Below, one piece after another: positions 11,046 through 23,091 of a DNA stretch of 64,000 nucleotides. A program made the position numbers and the translations under genes. The stretch's first letter is position 1, and each line of letters starts with the position of its first letter. The stretch is taken from positions 23,624,001 through 23,688,000 of the forward strand of contig CM052832.1 of assembly GCA_028534125.1 (NCBI GenBank). The letters run 5' to 3'. The notes under the pieces were generated by a model that searched no databases, had not been told where the DNA came from, and saw nothing but the letters and a program-made list of their open reading frames with translations. The DNA is from Lama glama. Taxonomy: Eukaryota.

Positions 11046-12297
11046 GTATGTGAGATTAAACTCTTTGCTGGGAGCAGCTTTTTCACTTCTAGACAATGGT
11101 GTCAGGCTGGTTTCCTCCCTTAGCTGGACAACAGTATCTTTGTGTTTTGGCCTTGTAACAGTTATAGGTATTAGCGAATCCTACCGGACAGGGTTAGTGT
11201 AAGGAGGCTCTGAATTTGAAAACAATAAGTTTTCATAAAATTCTGGAGTTAACTGTGACACTAAAAGTTAAACTCCAATTTTGTTTTGATGAGTGCAAAT
11301 GCCATCAGTATGCCGACATCTCCAGATGGGGTATTCCGGGCTTAGAACCTGGGACTGACAGCAGATAAAGGGTCACTGCTGAAACCACAGCCCTTGGCAG
11401 GTCGGCCCCGACTACCGTTGGGCGGCGGCCGTGCACTCGGCTCGTCCAGGGCAGCCTGAAGCCAGCCTGCAGCTCCACTCCCCTCCCCCCAGCGCCAGGG
11501 TTCGGATTGCATGTGCTGGCCACGGCCACTTGGATTCTAGAGTAGAAGTAGGCTTTTACACCCTGGTTTCTCATCCTGGCTTTATGATTCATTCAGCATG
11601 TTTGTTTCTACACCAAAGGACACATTATGAGTGTTAATCCCCCTCATGCAGAAGTTAGCAGACATTCTCCCTCCATAAAACATCTCAGCCCCCCCGGTCC
11701 GCTCGTGGTCTCCATTTGCGTGTGTGCTCAGCCTGCTAATGAAAACTCACTCTGCCTATGCCCAGGTGGCTCCAGAGTTGAATTAGGGTAAGAGAACTTT
11801 CAAAATAGATCATATAAAATATCCCTTTTATAACAGGCATGGAGAAAAATCAGTTTGTTTTGCAGAGTACGGTACATGGTGTCTTTTTAATTGTCTGTCC
11901 TTATCAAGTGATGTGTAGTTTTATAAAGCAAGGTCACATCCATGATTTCACTTGATCCGTCTGATAGTAGTAGACCTGACTTGTGTTATCCCTGTTTGAC
12001 AAATTAGGAAGCCAAGACTCATCTGTTGAATAACTTTCCCAAATCATAGAACCTGTAAAATAACCCAGGTCTTCTAACCTCTGTTCCAGCGCTCTGTCTA
12101 CTCCTCCTGGCATATGGTCCATTAGGCGTGTGTCCTAGCCTCTCTGAGCTTAGACTTCAAAGCCTCCAATCCTTTTCTGGGACATCATGGGTGTTTAAGC
12201 CACTTGTGGGCATCACCGAGTGAAAGTGGATTTATTTTAAACTTAGAAGTAGTACTTTTCTCCCTCTTGGCGCTCATCCCTTCCTTTTGTCCTTCAG

Positions 12298-12424
12298 AGA
12301 AGACGGAGGACGATGTGGAGCGGGAAGCCCGGCTTGTGGAGCAGTGGGTGGGGCTGACGGAGGAGAGGAATGCTGTGCTGGTGCCCGCGCCGGGCAGCGG
12401 GATCCCCGGGGCGCCTGCCGACTG
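12298..12424 (+). CDS. KIF13A: KIF13A coding exon (approx. 28)
   Basis: ttgtccttcag|AG...TG|gtgagt; 127 nt, phase 1-2; (E)KTEDDVEREARLVEQWVGLTEERNAVLVPAPGSGIPGAPAD(W). Confidence 0.96.
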
Positions 12425-13029
12425 GTGAGTCCCCCTTCCCGCTGCGCAAGCCTGACGGCCGGTGCCGTGGCCTGCGGCGAGTCGTATCAGTGACCTTCCA
12501 GGATGGCTACAGGAAGTGTTAAGTACCATGGGCTGCCTGGCTCCAGTGCTCCCTTCCCCCTTCTTCCGCCCCCTGCAAGCCTCCTTCCTCTCACAGGAAG
12601 CCAGAGAGCATGTGTCACTGGCCAGGAATCAGATACCACACTCCTCAGTTCCTTGGCGAGAGCAGTTTGGACATGGTTTCCTGATCTCCAGAAATTCTCC
12701 TATCTTGGCTTGAAAGAAGGGTGTTTCCAAAGGATACTTGAAAGGGGCGGAACATATGTTCCTACTTGCCCTCGTGCCTCTTCAGTTTGGTCACCAACGT
12801 AGAGTCAGCACTTCAGCACTGCACACACAATGGTTGGTCAGTCAGTCGATTAGTCAGTCAGTCCTGATACTCAGAAGAAACAGCAGGTTCTCTTAGGCTC
12901 TGGAGGCAGATGTATCTGGACTTAGCTTCCAGCTGCAGCACTTAACATCTTAAGTTTCCTTATCTTCTCAGAGGCTTTATTCTTAATCTATTAATGGAGC
13001 AACCTTTTTGGTACTTGATGTAAGGATTA

Positions 13030-13110
13030 GATATATATCTCTAATATACATTTATATATATAATTATAAATACATATATTTATATATATGTATATATTAT
13101 ATATATATAA
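13030..13110. repeat. Degenerate (TA)n low-complexity tract
   Basis: Interrupted TA runs. Confidence 0.85.
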
Positions 13111-14082
13111 AATGCTTTGTCCACAGTGCTCATTCATTAAATGTAACTGCTTCTGCTGCTTCTTATTCTCATTCTCATTCGTTTTACAAGAATGTGTTCT
13201 CGACATTAAAGAGAAATCAGGTTCCTTTTGAACACAGGGTATACTTGCCCAGACAGTCTCTCTTGGATACGCGCAGAGACATCAGTGATGTTAGTTGTGT
13301 CTGTAATGACAAACGGACGTGTAGTTGATGTCATGGTATTATGAAACTAGAAAATCCAAGTTCCTGGGACTGTGACTTGTAACCTGGTGTTTCTCCCTGC
13401 AGAGTCCCCTGTGTGCTGGAATCCTGTCGGTCACATGCAGTGTGCCTGCCAGCCACTTACTATAAACAGCCAGCTCGTTCCCAGGCTTGCCCTGTTCTTT
13501 GAGTCCCTCTCCAGACAGTTCTTCTTCTTCCAATTTCAGAGCATCTTGAGTGTTTGTAAAATGTCGAGTCCGGAATCCCATCCCTCTGATGTGGAAGAGA
13601 AAGTCTTAGGACTTTTCATTGTAAGAGTCTCCTGAGGTGATTCTGATGCCGAGGGGTCCGTTTTGATACAATACAGTTTGGTTTTTTCTGCACACAACCT
13701 GCCTCCTTCCACACATCTTTCATTCTCTCTTCCTTTGAGCTTTTTAAATATTGTCCCTTTTGCTTACTTCCCCTGGGTTCTGATCCTGTCCCTTGTGCCC
13801 CCAGTAACTACAGCCCCTTCCCTTCTTCCCGACACTAGAATTATTCTCAGAAAGGCTTCGAATAATCTATTTCAATTAACCTCATATAATTCACTTAAGT
13901 GGTAGTTCTCTGGGTAAGTCATGTGGTTCCCATGAGTTCTGTTAACAGGGACGTCAAGAAATGTGAAAATACTTCATTTATACGGTGTTTCTCTTCTGCT
14001 TCCATGCCTCTGTGGTATTTGATTATCTTACAAGATATAAAACACATATTTCGTTGTGATTAAATATTGTTGTTACATTTAG

Positions 14083-14138
14083 GATCCCGCCGCCTGGAAT
14101 GGAAACCCACATCCCGGTTCTCTTCCTAGATCTGAACG
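14083..14138 (+). CDS. KIF13A: KIF13A coding exon (approx. 29)
   Basis: catttag|G ATC...G|gtaagg; 56 nt, phase 2-1; IPPPGMETHIPVLFLDLN. Confidence 0.95.
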
Positions 14139-15431
14139 GTAAGGTGACACCTGGTGTTGCAGGGCTTATCACAGTGAATCCCGGCTTGTGATCTATTCAA
14201 ACCCACTTTATTTTGATCCTTAAATCTCTTCTCTGATCACTCACATGCCTTAACTAGGTGACATTTTTAGTTCAACCAAATACATAAAACTATGACACTA
14301 GAAAACATAGTGGAAATTTATTCTTAAAAAGAGAGCACTTGAGAGATTGAAAACTGCATATAAAAACGTGAGAGCAGCTACTGCTCAGAAAGTTAACAGG
14401 CATGGAAATTACCCAAGAAAGTCATCACCCTCAGAGATTCTGAATCTCAACGCATTGCGAGTGCCTAGGAGTCTGCGTTGCTGACTGGTGCCCGTGGCTC
14501 CCCACCCCCAGCAGTGCTGGTTCCAGAGCATGATCACCTGCAACCCTATATGAAGGGTTGTACTTTACTATAGCAATTAAATTGAACTTGGTCACACCTA
14601 GTACAAGGGTTTTCAATGTGTTTTAGCAGTGAAATCCATTTTCAAAGTGAAATTGTGAACAGAACCACATGTGTGGAGTAGGGCAGCAGAGTTGCTGAGT
14701 TTGGGGACAGGCGGGCTCTGGCAGGCCCTCCTGCTGGGCCCCTGGGATCCTCAAAGCATGGTCTGAAAACCTCTCTTCTGGAAGGAAGACCAGTAATGGA
14801 TGAATGGAAGACATAGGGAGATTGGCTTTGGCTCTTCCTGTGAGCATTTTAAAAAACTGCTTGCCTTGTCAAGTGGTGAGTTCCCTGTGGTTGGAGGTAT
14901 ACAAGCAAAGGCTGGATGATTATATATAGAGACTTGTGAAGGGTGACTCCTACAGTGGGTAGGGCACTGGAAGAAGATAGTCTTCAGATTTCTTGTAAGT
15001 GCTCAGAACTTTGATTCTAAGTTGATCATTTAATCACTCAGATCTCTACTTTAGTGTAAGTTATGTAAGTAGACAACAAACCTAACACTAGGTTGTAGGA
15101 GCAATTGACATCTGAAAGCATCAAAATTCTAAGGTGTGTTTATGTAGTGAAAATACTTGCTTCTAGTACTGCATACAGAATATATTCAGTCCATTTTATG
15201 GGAGAGTCACAGAGGCACCTTTTTGGCTCCGGGGGTTGTTTCTGTAAAAGATAGAAGCTGCTGTGAGCATAGGAATCTCAGTTTCAACTGCTGAATGAGA
15301 AATGAAAAAATAAATAAATAAAAATATGTTGCATGTTAACTTCATCTGTAAAAAGCATATTAAAATTTTGGGTGCTTGCTTAAAATCTGACCTTCCCCCC
15401 ACTTTTGTTTCTGTGCCCTGCACTTGGCCAG

Positions 15432-15556
15432 CGGATGACCTCAGTGCCAATGAGCAGCTCGTGGGCCCCCATGCATCAGGCGTGAACTCCATCCTCCCCA
15501 AGGAGCATGGCAGCCAGTTTTTCTACCTGCCCATCATAAAGCACAGTGATGAGGAG
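15432..15556 (+). CDS. KIF13A: KIF13A coding exon (approx. 30)
   Basis: ttggccag|CG GAT...GAG|gtcagt; 125 nt, phase 1-0; (A)DDLSANEQLVGPHASGVNSILPKEHGSQFFYLPIIKHSDEE. Confidence 0.95.
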
Positions 15557-15818
15557 GTCAGTGGCCCTTAAGATCCTCTCAGAGGGCTTCAGGTTAGTGC
15601 ACATGCCTGTGGGCCTGTGTTCCCATTAAACTGCTGTGGTCTGGGCATGGGGGAAGAGGACTGGGAACTTTAAAAGAATAGAATGGTGTTGTAAAAGGCG
15701 AGGAAAAACATCTGGGATTCAGTAGAGCTGCCCTTACTGTCTTTCTCTAGTGTGTGATGTAAAACTGCAACACCTGAGTTGTCTTGTTTCTGTGGCCCCG
15801 TGCTTCCGCTCCCTCTAG

Positions 15819-15995
15819 GTTTCAGCCACCGCCTCTTGGGACTCCTCGGTGCATGATTCTATCCACTTGAATAGGGTCACCCCACAGAATGAAAGAATTT
15901 ACCTGATCGTGAAGACCACAGTCCAGCTCAGCCACCCAGCTGCTATGGAGCTAGTCTTACGAAAACGGATTGCGGCCAATATTTACAACAAACAG
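15819..15995 (+). CDS. KIF13A: KIF13A coding exon (approx. 31)
   Basis: ccctctag|GTT...CAG|gtagta; 177 nt; VSATASWDSSVHDSIHLNRVTPQNERIYLIVKTTVQLSHPAAMELVLRKRIAANIYNKQ. Confidence 0.96.
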
Positions 15996-16671
15996 GTAGT
16001 AACGGCCTGATTCTGCCATTGCGTGTATGAACTCAAAGCTGTTTCCTTCTATCACAGAGCAGTGTTCTGGGGCATTAATACAGGGGCTGTGCAAACTGCT
16101 ACCGTCCTGGCCTCATTTATCAAAGGTAACAGAGCATGAGGATAGCAGAGGTGAATGTCATCCACTAAAGGACTTTTCCACCTGGACCGATTTGAGACCC
16201 ATAATCCTACGAGGCAGTGGAGTTATGACATTTCACTGTTTGAAAAAGGCTAAATGCCAGGTCCAAGCGGGTTAGTGACAAAACCAGGGCAAAATTCCTA
16301 ACCTGATGCCTCCCTAGATCTCATCTCAGAGGTGCTGTCAGCAACATTGCTCCTGAGTTTTCTTCTGGCTTTGCCAGGATAGACTGATGAAACCCCAACT
16401 GGATCAAGGAGACAGCAAGTAGGAGGAAGGAGCAACCACAAAACAAAAACAAAAACAAAAACACCTGGATTCTAATTGCTGAATAACAGCTGGACATTAT
16501 TGTCCTTTAGGATGGAGACAAGGATTTTTTTAGCTCAGAATTTTGTTTTTGTTTTGCTGAGTATCGTGTGTGTATCAGAAACATAGTAAGTGATGGTGCA
16601 TTTACTGTTCGTAAAATACTAAACAATTTATATTTTCCACATCGCTTAATTCAGCTTTCCTTTTCTACCAG

Positions 16672-16764
16672 AGTTTCACCCAGAGTTTGAAGAGGCGAAT
16701 ATCACTGAAAAATATATTTTATTCCTGTGGTGTAACCTATGAAATAGTATCCAACATACCAAAG
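16672..16764 (+). CDS. KIF13A: KIF13A coding exon (approx. 32)
   Basis: ttttctaccag|AGT...AAG|gtaaag; 93 nt; SFTQSLKRRISLKNIFYSCGVTYEIVSNIPK. Confidence 0.96.
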
Positions 16765-16826
16765 GTAAAGTGTATATTATATTGTAAAATTATCAAAGTA
16801 ATGGAGAATGCATTAATTCTCAAAAC

Positions 16827-16950
16827 TTTTTTTTTAATTGAAGTACAATCAGTTACAATGTGTCTATCTCTGGTGTACAGCACAGTATCCCAGTTATGCA
16901 TATACATGCATATATTCGTTTTCGTATTTTTTTCCCATTAAAGGTTATTA
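16827..16950 (-). mobile_element. 5'-truncated L1 3' end in a 262-nt intron
   Basis: polyT + AATTGAAGTACAATCAGTTACAATGTGTC..CATTAAAGGTTATTA. Confidence 0.85.
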
Positions 16951-17026
16951 AATCGTCTTCTCACCACAGTTTTGAGAAGAGTATTGTTCATATAAATGTA
17001 TTCTAATTGCCTTCTTGTCATGCCAG

Positions 17027-17179
17027 GCAACAGAGGAGATTGAGGACCGGGAAACACTGGCCCTCATGGCAGCAAGGAGTGAAAATGAAGGCACGGCAGA
17101 CGGGGAGACGTACATTGAGAAGTACACCCGGGGCGTGCTGCAGGTGGAGAACATTCTGAGCCTTGAGCGGCTCCGGCAG
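17027..17179 (+). CDS. KIF13A: KIF13A coding exon (approx. 33), ends at a GC donor
   Basis: tgccag|GCA...CAG|gcgagt; 153 nt; ATEEIEDRETLALMAARSENEGTADGETYIEKYTRGVLQVENILSLERLRQ. Confidence 0.94.
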
Positions 17180-17399
17180 GCGAGTACCTGCAGCATCTGG
17201 ACTGGAGGGTGAAATGACCAGCTTCCACCCCAGACAGACAAGGATGTATTTATTTACCAAACACCTTCTCTCTAAATCTATCAGAGAAGGAAAACTTGAG
17301 TAGCCATCTCATTAGATAAGATAGTCACTTTGACAAAATAGTAACAAAAATTTAAATACATTTTATTGAATACCTCCTGCTGAAGCCGTGAGCCTGTCA

Positions 17400-17595
17400 T
17401 TTTGATACATTATTTCATTTAATCTTTGAGATAACCCTGTAAGGTAAACACTATCATAATTCCCATTTATAAATAAGAAAATTGAGGCTGACAGAAGTTA
17501 GCCAACCTGCCCAAGATGACACAGCTAAGAAGTGGCAAAAGTCAAATACAAACCCAAGAAGCTTGACTCCAGAGTCCACATGCCTAACCATGTAC
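17400..17595 (-). mobile_element. MIR SINE
   Basis: CATTTAATC..CCCATTTATAAATAAGAAAATTGAGGCT..GCCCAAGATGACACAGCTA..TGACTCCAGAG core. Confidence 0.78.
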
Positions 17596-18154
17596 TGGCT
17601 CCCTAAGTTCTGGCCCCAGGTTAACTTCTGTGGGAAAAGTGGGATATTCAGGTGAAAATAATCCGTTAGGTAGTGGCACTACCCGGGAGGTGTCATTAGT
17701 TGAAGTCATGTGAAGTGTGCTTTGAATGACAAGAGGACTAAGACTGGCGTCTGTCCGAAAAGTCTTCCTTTAGGAGAAATTCTCCCCAAACTGCTGCACT
17801 AGTGAAGCACAAATAGCATAAAAGTTGACTGTAGTTTTTGCAAGTGAGACATACAGTTACCAATATTTCTTCCACATTTTTCTCTGCCCTTCTGTCTAAA
17901 AATCCACAACATGTTTTTAGTTGAGCAGTTTTCCTGGCTTTATTTATGAAAAATGTTTTTGATAGATTAAGCCAAAAAAAAGAGAAAAAAAGTAGAATAG
18001 ATACAGTAAGATTCCAGTTTTGTTATCTATATGGGGGGAGGGGTATAGGATTGAAATGATCTTTATGTTTTCTAAATCTTCCACAATATACTGCCACCAT
18101 ATATTACTTTTGTCAGCAGAGGAAGAACAGTAAATGTTATTTTCAAACTTATAG

Positions 18155-18232
18155 GCGGTCACGGTGAAGGAAGCCCTTTCCACCAAGGCCCGGCACCTAC
18201 GCAGGAGCCTCAGCACGCCAAACGTTCACAAC
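18155..18232 (+). CDS. KIF13A: KIF13A coding exon (approx. 34), contains RRSLSTP motif
   Basis: cttatag|GCG...AAC|gtgagc; 78 nt; AVTVKEALSTKARHLRRSLSTPNVHN. Confidence 0.95.
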
Positions 18233-19373
18233 GTGAGCACCCCGCCAGGGCCTGCTGCCCACGTGATGTATCTCGGGGTTCGGGGTGTGGCACGTGAGGG
18301 GACCTCAGGTTGGGGTTTACAGGTGGGAACAGAACATTCGGCACCCCACTCCTCTGTTCTAGGGAAGCACGCCAGAGAGCCGTTACAGGTGCTGTGACCG
18401 AGCTTTTAGTGCAGTCTTGCAAATTTCTCTCTGTAAAGTTATGTCCTTGAAAGAAGTTTCTTGAGATCTAAGTGGAATGCAGCTGGCTGAAGGATGGAAG
18501 AATCAGCTAACAGTCCTGGTGCTGCTCTTGAGTCTGTTTAGATGCCCCGTTCCAGCTGTGCTGATGGATTTTACTGTGCTGCCCATCAGTGTAAGAGGGC
18601 GCTGGCCACCTCCATGTAGACCCTCCCGCAGAGCCTTGTCTCTTTCTTTTTATTACCTTCCTCAATCATTCCATCTGGAAAATCCAAATGACAGACCTGC
18701 TCCTAGTGGAGGGAGATGCTATCATGGGAAGAAAGGACAGAGCAGTCCATGGACCACTTCAAAGTAGGCTTTTTCCAGAAGCAGCAGACTAAAAGTCATG
18801 TTCTCTCAAGAAAAACTGTTATCTGCCCTCCCATTCTCAAGAATTGCCAAATAATGATTAAAATGTTCACATGGTGAACATTTATGAAACTGGTCTTACA
18901 GTAAGCTGAAAAGCAAACCCTATAATCACTTTCATACACATTACTTCTGACCACAGTTCAGTTATTAGAAATTGACAGTAAGAGACTCAGACAGTTGTAA
19001 ATTGAAAAAAAAAAGTCTTCTAATTAATTTAGGCATCAAAGAGATCATAATGGAAATTAAGATGTGCTTAGAACTAGGTGATAATAAAAAAAGATACATA
19101 TACCAATACTTGAAGGAAGCAGTTCCAGTTAAAGAGAAATATTTGTGGATACAATTTTTTAAGTTAGAAAAAGAAAATCAGAATATTTTTAAAGAAGGTA
19201 ATAACAAATGTTAGAATACAGTTATAATAAGTTCAAATAAAGAAGGGAATAATAAATGTTAGAAGAAAAAAGAGGGGAAGGAAAATCAGCGTCCAACTGT
19301 ATATGTGATGTTTTATTTAGTTAGTTATGCTAAATATATAAGCCACATTGATAAAACCGTTCATCTCTTATAG

Positions 19374-19421
19374 GTCTCCTCCAGTCGACCAGACCTTTCT
19401 GGATTTGACGATGATGATAAA
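19374..19421 (+). CDS. KIF13A: KIF13A coding exon (approx. 35)
   Basis: ctcttatag|GTC...AAA|gtgtgt; 48 nt; VSSSRPDLSGFDDDDK. Confidence 0.92.
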
Positions 19422-20444
19422 GTGTGTACCTGTGGGCATGGCCAGGTTATTAGCAGAATCTAAGTCTGGAAAGTTAGGGTATCTTGGTGTTTTTAAAATC
19501 TCTGGACACTCCATCTTAATCTAATGCAGATCATTGTCTCCACACATCCATTTCCAAGTTCAAATACTTGATGTGAAATTGCTGTGCACTTTGAGTGTTA
19601 CATTGTTTCTTAGTGTGATACTCTCCATATCAGGATGACAGCACACATGATTGAATAAATATTTATGTGTTTATGGGTCTAAGTCTAAATGACTTAAGGT
19701 ATACATCTACCATGGCAAGGTCAAAATTATTTCAAATGGGGAAAATTAGGAACTTGAAATTAAGGACATTTTGCGGCATTATCTTATTCAAATATTTCTT
19801 GAACATGTATGTGAATTACTATACTAGGGACTGTGGATGATTCAAAAGTATAAACACAGATTATGTCTTCAAGAAGTTGAAAATCTAGTCCTTAGAGATA
19901 GCCATCTCCTGAGAAGTTGAAGTAAGATTAAATAAGCTTATACAATATTTAAGAGAAGTTTTCTCCCTTTAGTGTACCAATATCTTATGCTGGCTCGAAT
20001 CTTTTAAATCTCAAGTCGTTTGCCTGAGGCAGTCCCAGTTTATGCCTAGTACCCAGGAGAAATTATTAATAGAACAGGTTTACTCTCAAAAGTGTTTTGG
20101 TTTGGTCTTTAAATTACCTGGTCTCCCTAGATACATAACCAACTTTATAAAAATGGATGAATGGGACCTATAGGGGTTGAAAAGAGAATTTCGTTCTATT
20201 TGTAATGATTTCTAAAAACTCTTGAACAAGTATAATAAATTATCAACATTTATTCACTCCAGGTTACCTCGGTTATGACAGCACTTGTCATATTATCCCG
20301 TACTTTTCTACATGTTTGATACATTGTGTAATAAAAATAAAGAAGAGCACATACTGCCACTAAAAAGTAGAAAAATTCCAATCTGGGCTCTATTTCTCAT
20401 TTTAGAGGGACTACTTACAGTTAACGCATGTTTTTACCTTGTAG

Positions 20445-20550
20445 GGTTGGCAAGAGAACCAGTTAGACATGTCTGACTGTAGCCCCAGTTACCAGGACAT
20501 ATCGTGTTATGGAACTTTACCCAGGGATTCACCTCGAAGAAGTAAAGAAG
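20445..20550 (+). CDS. KIF13A: KIF13A coding exon (approx. 36)
   Basis: ttaccttgtag|GGT...G|gtagtg; 106 nt, phase 0-1; GWQENQLDMSDCSPSYQDISCYGTLPRDSPRRSKE. Confidence 0.94.
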
Positions 20551-22040
20551 GTAGTGGTGAGATTGGCTTTCTGTGTTATTTCTTTATAATGTCTTAGGAA
20601 AAGCATGGGGGCATGTTCTTTTAGAGATGACATATATAAAAAGATGGGAGGCTAAAATTCTAGTTTGCTAAATGCTAAGTGATCCAAAACTGTCTTTTTT
20701 TTTTTTTTTGGTGTAGTGCTGATTTATTCTCTCCATATTTCAAAAGAACTTCAGAATAACAAAAGAATTTTATACATCATACAATTCAGGGTACGGTTGT
20801 ACTCAGGGGGACCACTTCATTTTTCACAGAGTGGGCAGAAACATCTGTCTGCCAACATTTTTTTGAGGTCGTTGAATTTCAGCTGTGAGTCCTGGTCCCA
20901 GTCCTGAAACCTCAGGAGTTTCAGTTCACGACCCAAGGAGGTGGGAATTCTCTTAGCCATAGGGATGAAGCTCCAGTCAGAGGTGAGGGGAGGGCTTCCT
21001 GGAAGGCACCGATGAAGCCTCTGGAGCAGAACAAAACTGTCTTCTTGATTAGAACTTATCCTGTCCACATATTTGATTTTTTTTCTGCTTTGTATCCATT
21101 ATAGCATCCAAATTATAATAGGCTTTTTGTGTAACACTTTAGAATTTTCAGGTCACATTTCATATGTTATCTCCTGATTTTGAGGTCAGTTTTGAGACAC
21201 ACACAAATCTCATTACATTCTGGTTAGATTTTATTCCTTACCAAAAGAATGTCTACCTCCATCATGGATTTGTACTCTAATTAGGGTATGTTTTAGAAGA
21301 ACATGTATCTGATTACTGAAAGAATTCCAAAAACGATACCAGAAATGAATTTGATCAGTGACAGCATTACTACCTAAATATGTAATCTCCCAGTGCCCTG
21401 AAGGGAACAGCGCTCTTTGGATATGTAAATCAGCTCTGTGACCTGAGCCCTTGTGTTTTACCTTCCACGTGCCATTGAACCAGTGAATTGAGGGGAAAAT
21501 ACAGAAGGAGAAATAGAGGCCCGCAAAGGGTAAGAAATGAATAAAAGTGAGAAAGAAGAGCTGTCCTTCCTTAGGCATATGGAGCAGGGTGGCTTGAGAG
21601 AACAAGTGGCTTGCAGAAAAACTTACGCAGTATTCGGTATTAGTATGTGCACAGCATATGCTCATTGAGAATATTAGTATATTCACAGGATATACTCATT
21701 GAGTGAATGTTGAGCCTCTACTTCCTATATATAGTGAAAGATACCAAACGGTGCTACGATCTTAAAATCCAACTGTGGAAATGAGATATATAGAAAATAA
21801 GCTAGTAAATGACAAAGTGCCAGAATGTATGTGTAGATAATAAAAGCTCTGAGAAATCAGAGAAATAGAAAATCAGCACGAGTTGAAATTGATCTGGTTA
21901 AGTGGTGCTTAAGCTGGATCTTGAAAGAAGGTAGAAGATTTGGTTTCTGATTTCTTTGTCGCTGTCCAGCCCTTTGATGACTGTAACTTTGTAGCTACAT
22001 CTCCATTTTGCCTATCTCTGTTTTAATGCTTAGCCACATA

Positions 22041-22214
22041 CAGTCACCCCTCAGTATCCACGGGGGACTGGCTCCAGGAGCCCCTGCGTACACTGAAGTC
22101 CCATAGCCGGCCCTCCTTAATCCTCGGATGCAAAAACTGTGTATTTACTGAAAAACATTCACGTGTAAATGGACCCACCGCAATTCAAACCCCATGTTTT
22201 TCAAGGGTCAACTG
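22041..22214. mobile_element. MER2-like TcMar-Tigger non-autonomous DNA transposon
   Basis: TA|CAGTCACCCCTCAGTATCCACGGGGGACTGG...TTCAAGGGTCAACTG|TA; imperfect TIRs and TA target duplication. Confidence 0.85.
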
Positions 22215-22334
22215 TATTAGCACATTGATTTCTTTGTCATACCGGGTATCCTGGTGGCTCAGTCAGTACCACGCTTCCCGTGTGTTGGTTAAAGTGCTCT
22301 GTGCCTGAAAACCCATGCCTTTTGTCTTCCCCAG

Positions 22335-22486
22335 GTTGTACGTCAGAGAATCCTCATGCCTTAACAGTCAGCCCTTTTAAAGCATTCTCTCCTCAGCCGC
22401 CAAAGTTTTTCAAGCCCCTAATGCCTGTAAAAGAGGAGCATAAGAAGAGGATAGCTCTGGAAGCCAGGCCTCTTCTAAGCCAGGAG
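22335..22486 (+). CDS. KIF13A: KIF13A coding exon (approx. 37)
   Basis: tcttccccag|GT TGT...GAG|gtaaat; 152 nt, phase 1-0; (G)CTSENPHALTVSPFKAFSPQPPKFFKPLMPVKEEHKKRIALEARPLLSQE. Confidence 0.95.
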
Positions 22487-22989
22487 GTAAATGCTTGACT
22501 TGTCCACACCGTGTACGATAGAGTGGACTCGTTACGCCTGCCGAGAAGTCACGGTTTGCATTAACAAGTCAGAAGCTGCATGCTGACGTGTGTGGGTTGT
22601 CGCTCCATGGACCCTGTCCTGGAATACCTCTTTCTCAGGCACACAGGGTCAGAGTAGAAGTTTCTGCTTGTCGTTACTGCCCTTGTTTTCTTTGCGTTTA
22701 TTATGCCTTTTTCCCAAGTGTTTATTACCTTTACGTGAGAAAGAGGTGTTCCCTAGGTGTTTTGAAAGTATTAAAGGCTTTTTTTTCCAATTTGATAAAT
22801 CCAGCAATGCTATTTGCCGTAGAATCCGCGTAGTCCTGTCCGATTTCATCAGTAATGTAACTCAAGCCTGCAGAATTGTTTGCTGCACTACTTGCGTGTG
22901 GTGTTGCTTTTCTAACTTGCACGGACTTAATGTGTATTTGGGCCGTCGTCTCCTGTGTGTGATGCATCTGTGTGTCTTAACCTTTGCAG

Positions 22990-23091
22990 AGCATGCCTCC
23001 ATCTCAGGCACATAACCCTGGCTGCATTGTACCCCCAGGAAGCAATGGCAGCATGCCAGTAGAACACAATAGCAAACGTGAGAAGAAGATT
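22990..23091 (+). CDS. KIF13A: KIF13A 102-nt cassette exon (approx. 38)
   Basis: cctttgcag|AGC...ATT|gtaagt; 102 nt, phase 0-0; SMPPSQAHNPGCIVPPGSNGSMPVEHNSKREKKI. Confidence 0.92.
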
